DNA from: Eledone cirrhosa
Taxonomy: Eukaryota
Assembly: GCA_964016885.1 (NCBI GenBank)
Contig: OZ024743.1
Coordinates: 141,546,001 to 141,610,000, forward strand
Length of the DNA stretch: 64,000 nt
Direction of reading: 5' to 3'
Shown here: positions 33,531 through 45,710 of the stretch, piece after piece
How the letters are laid out: every line of letters begins with the position of its first letter
Position numbering within the stretch: position 1 is the stretch's first letter
Notes under the pieces: model-generated
Databases searched by the model: none
What the model saw: only the letters and a program-made list of their open reading frames with translations
Told to the model about the DNA's origin: nothing
Position numbers and translations under genes: made by a program

Positions 33531-36500
33531 GTTTGGTGCTTGGTGCTTGGTGTTTGGTGCTTGGTGTTTGGTGTTTGGTGTTTGATGCTTGGTGTTTGCT
33601 GCTTGGTGCTTGGTGCTTGGTGTTTTGTGTTTGGTGCTTGGTGCTTGTTGTTTGGTGCTTGGTGCTTGGTGATTAGTGTTTGGTGCTTGGTGCTTGTGGT
33701 TTGATGTTTGGTGCTTGGGGTTTGGTGTTTGGTGCTTGGTGCTTGGTGTTTGGTGCTTGGTGCTTGGTGCTTGGTGTTTGGTGCTTGGTGCTTGGTGTCT
33801 GGTGCTTGGTGCTTGGTGCTTGGTGTTAGGTGTTTGGTGCTTGGTGCTTGGTGTTTGATGTTTGGTCCTTGGTGCTTGGTGTTTGGTGTTTGGTGCTTGC
33901 TGCTTGCTGCTTGGTGTTTGGTGCTTGGTGATTGGTGCTTGGTGTTTGTGCTTGGTGCTTGGTGTTTGGTGTTTGGTGCTAGGGGCTTGGTGCTTGGTGC
34001 TTGGTGTTTGGTGCTTGGTGCTTGCTGTTTGGTGCTTGGTGTTTGGTGATTGGTGTTTGGGGCTTGGTGTTCGGTGCTTGGTGCTTGGTGCTTGGGGCTT
34101 GGTGTTTGGTGTTTGGTGCTTGGTGCTTGGTGTTTGATGTTGGGTCCTTGGTGCTTGGTGTTTGGTGTTTGGTGTTTGGTGTTTGGTGTTTGGTGCTTGG
34201 TGCTTGGTGTTTGGTGTTTGGTGCTTGGTGCTTGGGGCTTGGTGTTTGGTGCTTGGTGCTTGGTGTTTGGTGCTTCTGCTTGGGGCTTGGTAGTTGGTGC
34301 TTGGTGCTTGGTGCCTGGTGTTTGGTGTTTCGTGTTTGGTGCTTGGTGTATGGTGCTTGGTGCTTGGTGCTGGGTGGTTGGTGTTTGGTGCTTGGTGCTT
34401 GGTGTTTGGTGCTTGGTGCTTGGTGCTTGTTGTTTGGTGCTTGGTGCTTGGTGCTTGGTCTTTGGTGCATGGTGTTTGGTGTTTGGCGCTTGGTGCTTGG
34501 TGCTTCGTGATTGGTGCTTGGTGCTTGGTGTTTGGTGCTTGGTGCTTGGTGATTAGTGTTTGTTGCTTGGTGCTTGGGGTTTGGTGGTTGGTGCTTGGTG
34601 CTTGGTGTTTGGTGTTTGGTGTTTGGTGTTTGGTGTTTGTGGAATGGTGTTTGGTGTTTCGTATTTGGTTTTTGCTGTTTGGTGTTTGGTGTTTTCTGTT
34701 TGGTGTTTGGTGTTTGGTGTTTGGTGCTTGGTGCTTGGTGCTTGGTGTTTGGCGTTTGGTGCTTGGTGCTTGGTGTTTGGTGCTTCGTGCTTGGTGTTTG
34801 GTGTTTGGTGCTTGGTGCCTGGTGCTTGTTGTATGGTGTTTGGTGCTTGGTGCTTGGTGTTTGGTGTTTGCTGCTTGGTGTCTGGTGTTTGGTGCTTGGT
34901 GTTTGGTGTTTGGTGCTTGGTCCTTGGTGCTTGGTGTTTGGTGTTTGGTGCTTGGTGCTTGGTGTTTGGTGTTTGGTGCTGGGTGCATGGAGTTTGGTGC
35001 TTGGTGCTTAGTGCTTGGTGTTTGGTGTTTGGTGCTTGGTATTTGGTGTTTGGTGTTTGATGCTTGGTGTGTGGTGCTTGGTGCTTGGTGTTTTGTGTTT
35101 GGTGCTTGGTGCTTGGTGACTGGTGCTTGGTGCTTGGTGCTTGTTGTTTGGTGCTTGGTTCTTGGTGATTAGTGTTTGGTGCTTGGTGCTTGGTGTTTGG
35201 TGCTTGGTGTTTGGTGCTTGGTGCCTGGTGCTTGGTGTTTGGTGTTTGATGCTTGGTGTTTGGTGTTTGGTGTTTGGTACTTGGTGTTCGGTGCTTGGTG
35301 CTTGGTGCTTGGTGCTTGGTGTTTGGTGTTTGGTGCTTGGTGCTTGGTGTTTGATGTTTGGTCCTTGGTGCTTGGTGTTTGGTGTTGTGTGCTTGGTGCT
35401 TGGTGGTTGGTGTTTGGTGCTTGGTGCTTGGTGCTTGGTGTTTGGTGCTTGGTGTTTGATGCTGCGTGCTTGGTGTTTGGTGCTTGGTGCTTGGTGTTTG
35501 GTGTTTGGAGCTTGGTGCCTGGTGCTTGTTGTTTGGTGTTTGGTGCTTGGTGCTTGGTGTTTGGTGTTTGGTGCTTGGTGTTTGGCGCTTGGTGCTTGGT
35601 GTTTGGTGTTTGGTGCTTGGGGTTTGGTGTTTGGTGCTTGGGGTTTGGTGTTTGGTGCTTGGTGCATGGTGTTTGGTGCTTGGTGCTTGGTGTTTGGTGC
35701 TTGGTGCTTTGTGTTTGGTGCTTGGTGTTTGGTGCTTGGTGCTTGGTGCTTGGTGCTTGCTGCTTGGTGTTTGGTGCTAGGGGCTTGGTGTTTGGTGCTT
35801 GGTGTTTGGTGCTTGGTGTTTGGTGCTTCGTGCCTGGTGATTGGTGTTTGGTGTTTGGTGCTTGGTGTTTGGTGCTTGGTGTTTGGTACTTGGTGTTTGG
35901 TGTTTGGTGCTTGGTGCTTGGTGTTTGATGTTAGGTTCTTGGTGCTTGGTGTTTGGTGTTTGGTGCTTGGTGCTTGGTGTTTGGTGTTTGGTGCTTGCTG
36001 CTTGGTGCTTGGTGTTTTGTGTTTGGAGTTTGGTGCTTGGTGTTTGGTGCTTGGTGCTTGGTGTTTGGTGTTTGGTGCCTGGTGCTTGGTGTTTGGTGCT
36101 TGGTGTTTGGTGTTTGGTGATTGGTGCTTGGTGTTTGGTGCTTGGTGCATGGTGCTTGGTGCTTGGTGTTAGGCGTTTGGTGCTTGGTGCTTGGTGTTTG
36201 ATGTTTGGTCCTTGGTGCTTGGTGTTTGGTATTTGGTGCTTGGTGCTTGGTGTTTGGTGTTTGGTGCTTGCTGCTTGCTGCTTGGTGTTTGGTGCTAGGG
36301 GCTTGGTGCTTGGTGTTTGATGTTTGGTCCTTGGTGCTTGGTGTTTGGTATTTGGTGCTTGGTGCTTGGTGTTTGGTGTTTGGTGCTTGCTGCTTGCTGC
36401 TTGGTGTTTGGTGCTAGGGGCTTGGTGTTTGGTGCTTGGTGTTTGGTGCTTGGTGTTTGGTGCTTCGTGCCTGGTGATTGGTGTTTGGTGTTTGGTGCTT

Positions 36501-39123
36501 GGTGTTTGGTGCTTGGTGTTTGGTACTTGGTGTTCGGTGCTTGGTGCTTGGTGCTTGGTGTTTGGTGTTTGGTGCTTGGTGCTTGGTGCTTGGTGTTTGA
36601 TGTTTGGTCCTTGGTGCTTGGTGTTTGGTGTTGTGTGCTTGGTGCTTGGTGCTTGGTGTTTGGTGCTTGGTGCTTGGTGCTTGGTGTTTGGCGTTTGCTG
36701 TTTGCTGTTTGGTGTTTGGTGTTTGCTGTTTGGTGTTTGCTGTTTGGTGTTTGGTGTTTGGTGCTTGCTGTTTGGTGCTTGGTGCTTGGTGTTTGGTGTT
36801 TGGTGCTTGGTGTTTGGTGCTTGGTGCTTGGTGCTGGGTGTTTGGTGCTTGGTGCTTGGTGTTTGGTGCTTGGTGCTTGGTGCTTGGTGTTTGGTCCTTG
36901 GTGCTTGGTGCTTGGTGTTTGGTGCTTGGGTTTTGGTGTTTGGTGCTTGGTGCTTGGTGTTTGGTGCTTGGTGCTTGGTGCTTGGTGCTTGGTGTTTGGT
37001 GCTTGCTGCTTGGTGCTTGGTGTTTGGTGCTTGGTGCTTGGTGATTAGTGTTTGGTGATTGGTGCTTGGGGTTTGGTGTTTGGGGCTTGGTGTTTGGTGC
37101 TTGGTGCTTGCTGTTTGGTGTTTGGTGTTTGGTTCTTGGTGCTTGGTGTTTGGTGTTTGGTGTTTGGTGCTTGGTGCTTGGTGCTTGGTGTTTGGTGCTT
37201 GGTGCTTGGTGCTTGGTGTTTGGTGCTGCGGGCTTGGTGTTTGGTGTTTGGTGCTTGGTGCCTGGTGCTTGTTGTTTGGTGTTTGGTGCTTAGTGCTTGG
37301 TGTTTGGTGTTTGGTGCTTGGTGCTTGGTGGCTGGTGTTTGGTGCTTGGTGTTTGGAGTTCGGTGCTTGGTGCTTGGTGCCTGGTGTTTCGTGCTTGGTG
37401 CTTGGTGCTTGGTGTTTGGTGTTTGGTGCTTGGTGTTTGGTGTTTGGTACTTGGTGCTTGGTGCTTGGTGCTTGGTGTTTGGTGCTTGGTGTTTGATGCT
37501 GCGTGCTTGGTGTTTGGTGTTTGGTGCTTGGTGCTTGGTGTTTGGTGTTTGGAGCTTGGTGCCTGGTGCTTGTTGTTTGGTGTTTTGCGCTTGGTGCTTG
37601 GTGTTTGGTGTTTGGTGCATGGTGCTTGGTGCTTGGTATCTGGTGTTTGGTGCTTGATGTTTGGTGTTTGGTGCTTGGTGTTTGGTGTTTGGTGCTTGGT
37701 GCTTGGTGTTTGGTGCTTGGTGTTTGGTGTTTGGTGTTTGATGCTTGGTGTTTGCTGCTTGGTGCTTGGTGCTTGGTGTTTTGTGTTTGGTGTTTGATGC
37801 TGCGTGCTTGGTGTTTGGTGTTTGGTGCGTGGTGCTTGGTGTTTGGTGTTTGGAGCTTGGTGCCTGGTGCTTGTTGTTTGGTGTTTGGTGCTTGGTGCTT
37901 GGTGTTTGGTGTTTGGTGCTTTGTGCTTGGTGCTTGGTATCTGGTGTTTGGTGCTTGATGTTTGGTGTTTGGTGCTTGGTGTTTGGTGTTTGGTGCTTGG
38001 TGCTTGGTGTTTGGTGCTTGGTGTTTGGTGTTTGGTGATTGATGCTTGGTGTTTGCTGCTTGCTGCTTGCTGCTTGGTGTTTGGTGCTAGGGGCTTGGTG
38101 CTTGGTGCTTGGTGTTTGGTGCTTGGTGCTTGGTGCCTGGTGCTTGGTGCTTGGTGCTTGTTGTTTGGTGCTTGGTGCTTGGTGATTAGTGTTTGGTGCT
38201 TGGTGCTTGCGGTTTGGTGTTTGGTGCTTGGGGTTTGGTGTTTGGTGCTTGGTGCTTGGTGTTTGGTGCTTGGTGCTTGGTGCTTGGTGTTTGGTGCTTG
38301 GTGTTTGGTGCTTGGTGCTTGGTGTTTGGTGTTTGGCGTTTGCTGTTTGCTGTTTGGTGTTTGGTGTTTGCTGTTTGGTGTTTGCTGTTTGGTTTTTGGT
38401 GTTTGGTGCTTGCTGTTTGGTGCTTGGTGCTTGGTGTTTGGTGTTCGGCGCTTGGTGCTTGGTGCTTGGTGTTTGGTGCTTGGTGCTGGGTGTTTGGTGC
38501 TTGGTGCTTGGTGTTTGGTGCTTGGTGCTTGGTGCTTGGTGTTTGGTCCTTGGTGCATGGTGCTTGGTCTTTGGTGCTTGGGTTGTGGTGTTTGGTGCTT
38601 GGTGCTTGGTGTTTGGTGCTTGGTTCTTGGTGCTTGGTGCTTGGTGTTTGGTGATTGCTGCTTGGTGCTTGGTGTTTGGTGCTTGGTGCTTGGTGATTAG
38701 TGTTTGGTGATTGGTGCTTGGGGTTTGCTGTTTGGTGCTTGGTGTTTGGTGCTTGGTGCTTGCTGTTTGGTGTTTGGTGTTTGGTTCTTGGTGCTTGGTG
38801 TTTGGTGTTTGGTGTTTGGTGCTTGGTGCTTGGTGCTTGGTGTTTGGTGCTTGTTGCTTGGTGCTTGGTGTTTGGTGCTGCGTGCTTGGTGTTTGGTGTT
38901 TGGTGCTTGGTGCCTGGTGCTTGTTGTTTGGTGCTTAGTGCTTGGTGTTTGGTGTTTGGTGCTTGGTGCTTGGTGGCTGGTGCTTGGTGCTTGGTGTTTG
39001 GAGTTTGGTGCTTGGTGCTCGGTGCCTGGTGTTTCGTGCTTGGTGCTTGGTGCTTGGTGTTTGGTGTTTGGTGCTTGGTGTTTGGTGTTTGGTACTTGGT
39101 GCTTGGTGCCTGGTGTTTGGTGC

Positions 39124-39400
39124 TTGGTGTTTGATGCTGTGTGCTTGGTGTTTGGTGTTTGGTGCTTGGTGCTTGGTGTTTGGTGTTTGGAGCTTGGTGC
39201 CTGCTGCTTGTTGTTTGGTGTTTGGTGCTTGGTGCTTGGTGCTTGGTATCTGGTGTTTGGTGCTTGGTGTTTGATGCTGTGTGCTTGGTGTTTGGTGTTT
39301 GGTGCTTGGTGCTTGGTGTTTGGTGTTTGGAGCTTGGTGCCTGCTGCTTGTTGTTTGGTGTTTGGTGCTTGGTGCTTGGTGCTTGGTATCTGGTGTTTGG
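39124..39400 (+). repeat. 140-bp (20-monomer) tandem duplication
   Basis: The private variant TTGATGC-TGTGTGC occurs at 39131 and 39271 with the same downstream TTGGAGC, CTGCTGC and TTGGTAT-CTGGTGT. ORFs 39141/39281 match. Confidence 0.9.
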
Positions 39401-40049
39401 TGCTTGGTGCTTGGTGCTTGGTGTTTGGTGTTTGGTGCTTGGTGCTTCGTGTTTGGTGCTTGGTGTTTGGTGTTTGGTGTTTGATGCTTGGTGTTTGCTG
39501 CTTGGTGCTTGGTGCTTGGTGTTTTGTGTTTGGTGCTTGGTGCTTGTTGTTTGGTGCTTGGTGCTTGGTGATTAGTGTTTGGTGCTTGGTGCTTGCGGTT
39601 TGATGTTTGGTGCTTGGGGTTTGGTGTTTGGTGCTTGGTGCTTGGTGTTTGGTGCTTGGTGCTTGGTGCTTGGTGTTTGGTGCTTGGTGCTTGGTGTCTG
39701 GTGCTTGGTGCTTGGTGTTTGGTGCTTGGTGTTTGGTGTTTGGTGCTTGGTGCTTGGTGCTTGGTGTTAGGTGTTTGGTGCTTGGTGCTTGGTGTTTGAT
39801 GTTTGGTCCTTGGTGCTTGGTGTTTGGTGTTTGTTGCTTGGTGCTTGGTGTTTGGTGTTTGGTGCTTGCTGCTTGCTGCTTGGTGTTTGGTGCTTGGTGA
39901 TTGGTGCTTGGTGTTTTGTGCTTGGTGCTTGGTGTTTGGTGTTTGGTGCTAGGGGCTTGGTGCTTGGTGCTTGGTGTTTGGTGCTTGGTGCTTGCTGTTT
40001 GGTGCTTGGTGTTTGGTGCTTGGTGTTTGGGGCTTGGTGTTCGGTGCTT

Positions 40050-43000
40050 GGTGCTTGGTGCTTGGGGCTTGGTGTTTGGTGTTTGGTGCTTGGTGCTTGG
40101 TGTTTGATGTTGGGTCCTTGGTGCTTGGTGTTTGGTGTTTGGTGTTTGGTGTTTGGTGTTTGGTGCTTGGTGCTTGGTGTTTGGTGTTTGGTGCTTGGTG
40201 CTTGGGGCTTGGTGTTTGGTGCTTGGTGCTTGGTGTTTGGTGCTTCTGCTTGGGGCTTGGTAGTTGGTGCTTGGTGCTTGGTGCCTGGTGTTTGGTGTTT
40301 CGTGTTTGGTGCTTGGTGTATGGGGCTTGGTGCTTGGTGCTGGGTGGTTGGTGTTTGGTGCTTGGTGCTTGGTGTTTGGTGCTTGGTGCTTGGTGCTTGT
40401 TGTTTGGTGCTTGGTGCTTGGTGCTTCGTGATTGGTGCTTGGTGCTTGGTGTTTGGTGCTTGGTGCTTGGTGATTAGTGTTTGTTGCTTGGTGCTTGGGG
40501 TTTGGTGGTTGGTGCTTGGTGCTTGGTGTTTGGTGTTTGGTGTTTGGTGTTTGGTGTTTGCTGTATGGTGTTTGCTGTTTCGTATTTGGTTTTTGCTGTT
40601 TGGTGTTTGGTGTTTGCTGTTTGGTGCTTGGTGCTTGGTGCTTGGTGTTTGGCGTTTGGTGCTTGGTGCTTGGTGTTTGGTGCTTCGTGCTTGGTGTTTG
40701 GTGTTTGGTGCTTGGTGGCTGGTGCTTGTTGTATGGTGCTTGGTGCTTGGTGATTAGTGTTTGGTGCTTGGTGCTTGGTGTTTGGTTGCTTGGTGTTTGG
40801 TGCTTGGTGCCTGGTGCTTGGTGTTTGATGTTTGGTCCTTGGTGCTTGGTGTTTGGTGTTGTGTGCTTGGTGCTTGGTGGTTGGTGTTTGGTGCTTGGTG
40901 CTTGGTGCTTGGTGTTTGGTGCTTGGTGTTTGATGCTGCGTCCTTGGTGTTTGGTGTTTGGTGCTTGGTGCTTGGTGTTTGGTGTTTGGAGCTTGGTGCC
41001 TGGTGCTTGTTGTTTGGTGTTTGGCGCTTGGTGCTTGGTGTTTGGTGTTTGGTGCTTGGTGCTTGGTGCTTGGTATCTGGTGTTTGGTGCTTGATGTTTG
41101 GTGTTTGGTGCTTGGTGTTTGGTATTTGGTGCTTGGTGCTTGGTGTTTGGTGCTTGGTGTTTGGTGTTTGGTGTTTGATGCTTGGTGTTTGCTGCTTGGT
41201 GCTTGGTGCTTGGTGTTTTGTGTTTGGTGTTTGATGCTGCGTGCTTGGTGTTTGGTGTTTGGTGCTTGGTGCTTGGTGTTTGGTGTTTGGAGCTTGGTGC
41301 CTGGTGCTTGTTGTTTGGTGTTTGGCGCTTGGTGCTTGGTGTTTGGTGTTTGGTGCTTGGTGCTTGGTGCTTGGTATCTGGTGTTAGGTGCTTGATGTTT
41401 GGTGTTTGGTGCTTGGTGTTTGGTGTTTGGTGCATGGTGCTTGGTGTTTGGTGCTTGGTGTTTGGTGTTTGGTGTTTGATGCTTGGTGTTTGCTGCTGGC
41501 TGCTTGCAGCTTGGTGTTTGGTGCTAGGGGCTTGGTGCTTGGTGCTTGGTGTTTGGTGCTTGGTGCTTGGTGCCTGGTGCTTGGTGCTTGGTGCTTGTTG
41601 TTTGGTGCTTGGTGCTTGGTGATTAGTGTTTGGTGCTTGGTGCTTGCGGTTTGGTGTTTGGTGCTTGGGGTTTGGTGTTTGGTGCTTGGTGCTTGGTGTT
41701 TGGTGCTTGGTGCTTGGTGCTTGGTGTTTGGTGCTTGGTGCTTGGTGTTTGGTGCTTGGTGCTTGGTGTTTGGTGTTTGATGCTTGGTGTTTGCTGCTGG
41801 CTGCTTGCTGCTTGGTGTTTGGTGCTAGGAGCTTGGTGCTTGGTGCTTGGTGTTTGGTGCTTGGTGCTTGGTGCCTGGTGCTTGGTGCTTGGTGCTTGTT
41901 GTTTGGTGCTTGGTGCTTGGTGATTAGTGTTTGGTGCTTGGTGCTTGCGGTTTGGTGTTTGGTGCTTGGGGTTTGGTGTTTGGTGCTTGGTGCTTGTTGT
42001 TTGGTGCTTGGTGCTTGGTGCTTGGTGTTTGGTGCTTGGTGCTTGGTGTTTGGTGCTTGGTGCTTGGTGTTTGGTGTTTGGCGTTTGCTGTTTGCTGTTT
42101 GGTGTTTGGTGTTTGCTGTTTGGTGCTTGGTGCTTGGTGTTTGGTGTTTGGTGTTTGGTACTTGGTGCTTGGTGTTTGGTGCTTGGTGCTTGGTGCTGGG
42201 TGTTTGGTGCTTGGTGCTTGGTGTTTGGTGCTTGGTGCTTGGTGCTTGGTGTTTGGTCCTTGGTGCTTGGTGCTTGGTCTTTGGTGCTTGTGTTTTGGTG
42301 TTTGGTGCTTGGTGCTTGGTGTTTGGTGCTTGGTTCTTGGTGCTTGGTGCTTGGTGTTTGTTGATTGCTGCTTGGTGCTTGGTGTTTGGTGCTTGGTGCT
42401 TGGAGACTAGTGTTTGGTGATTGGTGCTTGGGGTTTGCTGTTTGGTGCTTGGTGTTTGGTGCTTGGTGCTTGCTGTTTGGTGTTTGGTGTTTGGTTCTTG
42501 GTGCTTGGTGTTTGGTGTTTGGTGTTTGGTGCTTGGTGCTTGGTGTTTGGTGCTTGGTGCTTGGTGCTTGGTGTTTGGTGCTGCGTGCTTGGTGTTTGGT
42601 GTTTGGTGCTTGGTGCCTGGTGCTTGTTGTTTGGTGCTTAGTGCTTGGTGTTTGGTGTTTGGTGCTTGGTGCTTGGTGGCTGGTGCTTGGTGCTTGGTGT
42701 TTGGAGTTTGGTGCTTGGTGCTTGGTGCCTGGTGTTTCGTGCTTGGTGCTTGGTGTTTGGTGTTTGGTGCTTGGTATTTGGTGTTTGGTACTTGGTGCTT
42801 GGTGCTTGGTGCTTGGTGTTTGGTGCTTGGTGCTTGGTGCTTGGGGCTTGGTGTTTGGTGTTTGGTGCTTGGTGCTTGGTGTTTGATGTTGGGTCCTTGG
42901 TGCTTGGTGTTTGGTGTTTGGTGTTTGGTGTTTGGTGTTTGGTGCTTGGTGCTTGGTGTTTGGTGTTTGGTGCTTGGTGCTTGGGGCTTGGTGTTTGGTG

Positions 43001-45710
43001 CTTGGTGCTTGGTGTTTGGTGCTTCTGCTTGGGGCTTGGTAGTTGGTGCTTGGTGCTTGGTGCCTGGTGTTTGGTGTTTCGTGTTTGGTGCTTGGTGTAT
43101 GGTGCTTGGTGCTTGGTGCTGGGTGGTTGGTGTTTGGTGCTTGGTGCTTGGTGTTTGGTGCTTGGTGCTTGGTGCTTGTTGTTTGGTGCTTGGTGCTTGG
43201 TGCTTCGTGATTGGTGCTTGGTGCTTGGTGTTTGGTGCTTGGTGCTTGGTGATTAGTGTTTGTTGCTTGGTGCTTGGGGTTTGGTGGTTGGTGCTTGGTG
43301 CTTGGTGTTTGGTGTTTGGTGTTTGGTGTTTGGTGTTTGCTGTATGGTGTTTGCTGTTTCGTATTTGGTTTTTGCTGTTTGGTGTTTGGTGTTTGCTGTT
43401 TGGTGTTTGGTGTTTGGTGTTTGGTGCTTGGTGCTTGGTGCTTGGTGTTTGGCGTTTGGTGCTTGGTGCTTGGTGTTTGGTGCTTCGTGCTTGGTGTTTG
43501 GTGTTTGGTGCTTGGTGGCTGGTGCTTGTTGTATGGTGCTTGGTGCTTGGTGATTAGTGTTTGGTGCTTGGTGCTTGGTGTTTGGTGCTTGGTGTTTGGT
43601 GCTTGGTGCCTGGTGCTTGGTGTTTGGTGTTTGATGCTTGGTGTTTGGTGTTTGGTGTTTGGTACTTGGTGTTCGGTGCTTGGTGCTTGGTGCTTGGTGC
43701 TTGGTGTTTGGTGTTTGGTGCTTGGTGCTTGGTGTTTGATGTTTGGTCCTTGGTGCTTGGTGTTTGGTGTTGTGTGCTTGGTGCTTGGTGGTTGGTGTTT
43801 GGTGCTTGGTGCTTGGTGCTTGGTGTTTGGTGCTTGGTGTTTGATGCTGCGTCCTTGGTGTTTGGTGTTTGGTGCTTGGTGCTTGGTGTTTGGTGTTTGG
43901 AGCTTGGTGCCTGGTGCTTGTTGTTTGGTGTTTGGCGCTTGGTGCTTGGTGTTTGGTGTTTGGTGCTTGGTGCTTGGTGCTTGGTATCTGGTGTTTGGTG
44001 CTTGATGTTTGGTGTTTGGTGCTTGGTGTTTGGTGTTTGGTGCTTGGTGCTTGGTGTTTGGTGCTTGGTGTTTGGTGTTTGGTGTTTGATGCTTGGTGTT
44101 TGGTCCTTGGTGCTTGGTGCTTGGTGTTTTGTGTTTGGTGTTTGATGCTGCGTGCTTGGTGTTTGGTGTTTGGTGCTTGGTGCTTGGTGTTTGGTGTTTG
44201 GAGCTTGGTGCCTGGTGCTTGTTGTTTGGTGTTTGGCGCTTGGTGCTTGGTGTTTGGTGTTTGGTGCTTGGTGCTTGGTGCTTGGTATCTGGTGTTAGGT
44301 GCTTGATGTTTGGTGTTTGGTGCTTGGTGTTTGGTGTTTGGTGCATGGTGCTTGGTGTTTGGTGCTTGGTGTTTGGTGTTTGGTGTTTGATGCTTGGTGT
44401 TTGCTGCTGGCTGCTTGCTGCTTGGTGTTTGGTGCTAGGGGCTTGGTGCTTGGTGCTTGGTGTTTGGTGCTTGGTGCTTGGTGCCTGGTGCTTGGTGCTT
44501 GGTGCTTGTTGTTTGGTGCTTGGTGCTTGGTGATTAGTGTTTGGTGCTTGGTGCTTGCGGTTTGGTGTTTGGTGCTTGGGGTTTGGTGTTTGGTGCTTGG
44601 TGCTTGGTGTTTGGTGCTTGGTGCTTGGTGCTTGGTGTTTGGTGCTTGGTGCTTGGTGTTTGGTGCTTGGTGCTTGGTGTTTGGTGTTTGATGCTTGGTG
44701 TTTGCTGCTGGCTGCTTGCTGCTTGGTGTTTGGTGCTAGGGGCTTGGTGCTTGGTGCTTGGTGTTTGGTGCTTGGTGCTTGGTGCCTGGTGCTTGGTGCT
44801 TGGTGCTTGTTGTTTGGTGCTTGGTGCTTGGTGATTAGTGTTTGGTGCTTGGTGCTTGCGGTTTGGTGTTTGGTGCTTGGGGTTTGGTGTTTGGTGCTTG
44901 GTGCTTGTTGTTTGGTGCTTGGTGCTTGGTGCTTGGTGTTTGGTGCTTGGTGCTTGGTGTTTGGTGCTTGGTGCTTGGTGTTTGGTGTTTGGCGTTTGCT
45001 GTTTGCTGTTTGGTGTTTGGTGTTTGCTGTTTGGTGCTTGGTGCTTGGTGTTTGGTGTTTGGTGTTTGGTACTTGGTGCTTGGTGTTTGGTGCTTGGTGC
45101 TTGGTGCTGGGTGTTTGGTGCTTGGTGCTTGGTGTTTGGTGCTTGGTGCTTGGTGCTTGGTGTTTGGTCCTTGGTGCTTGGTGCTTGGTCTTTGGTGCTT
45201 GTGTTTTGGTGTTTGGTGCTTGGTGCTTGGTGTTTGGTGCTTGGTTCTTGGTGCTTGGTGCTTGGTGTTTGTTGATTGCTGCTTGGTGCTTGGTGTTTGG
45301 TGCTTGGTGCTTGGTGACTAGTGTTTGGTGATTGGTGCTTGGGGTTTGCTGTTTGGTGCTTGGTGTTTGGTGCTTGGTGCTTGCTGTTTGGTGTTTGGTG
45401 TTTGGTTCTTGGTGCTTGGTGTTTGGTGTTTGGTGTTTGGTGCTTGGTGCTTGGTGTTTGGTGCTTGGTGCTTGGTGCTTGGTGTTTGGTGCTGCGTGCT
45501 TGGTGTTTGGTGTTTGGTGCTTGGTGCCTGGTGCTTGTTGTTTGGTGCTTAGTGCTTGGTGTTTGGTGTTTGGTGCTTGGTGCTTGGTGGCTGGTGCTTG
45601 GTGCTTGGTGTTTGGAGTTTGGTGCTTGGTGCTTGGTGCCTGGTGTTTCGTGCTTGGTGCTTGGTGTTTGGTGTTTGGTGCTTGGTGTTTGGTGTTTGGT
45701 ACTTGGTGCT
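40050..45710 (+). repeat. Tandem duplication of a ~2.8-2.9-kb unit (about 40050-42800 and 42830-45710)
   Basis: Offsets 2779 (40477/43256), 2800 (40761/43561) and 2911 (40958/43869, 41626/44537, 42414/45325). Shared TGCGTCC, TGGCTGC and TTGTTGA variants. Confidence 0.9.
41470..42070 (+). repeat. 301-bp (43-monomer) tandem duplication; also at about 44380-44980 and 61305-61905
   Basis: TTGATGC-TTGGTGT-TTGCTGC-TGGCTGC occurs at 41476 and 41777. ORF pairs 41626/41927, 44537/44838 and 61460/61761 are all 301 apart. Confidence 0.88.

Larger units (their letters stand above)
25700..39260 (+). repeat. Family of related 1-3 kb blocks (about 25700-26640, 28100-31550 and 35600-39260)
   Basis: Identical or near-identical translations at 26099/28591/36205, 29413/37048, 29424/37059 and 30988/38700. 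Each copy contains the internal 119-bp tandem duplication. Confidence 0.85.

Noticed and set aside
31608-34988. 1126-aa minus-strand ORF (also 38697-41435, 41623-44346, 50141-52234, 56461-58392) encoding (PSTKHQA/PNTKHQT)n, superficially mucin-like or CTD-like heptads
   Set aside because: The consensus heptamer has no stop codon and 7 is coprime with 3, so all frames give the same peptide. Overlapping frames are open equally, ATGs come from sporadic variants, 1-bp indels are tolerated, and there is no non-repeat domain. Only ribosome profiling or proteomics could rescue it.
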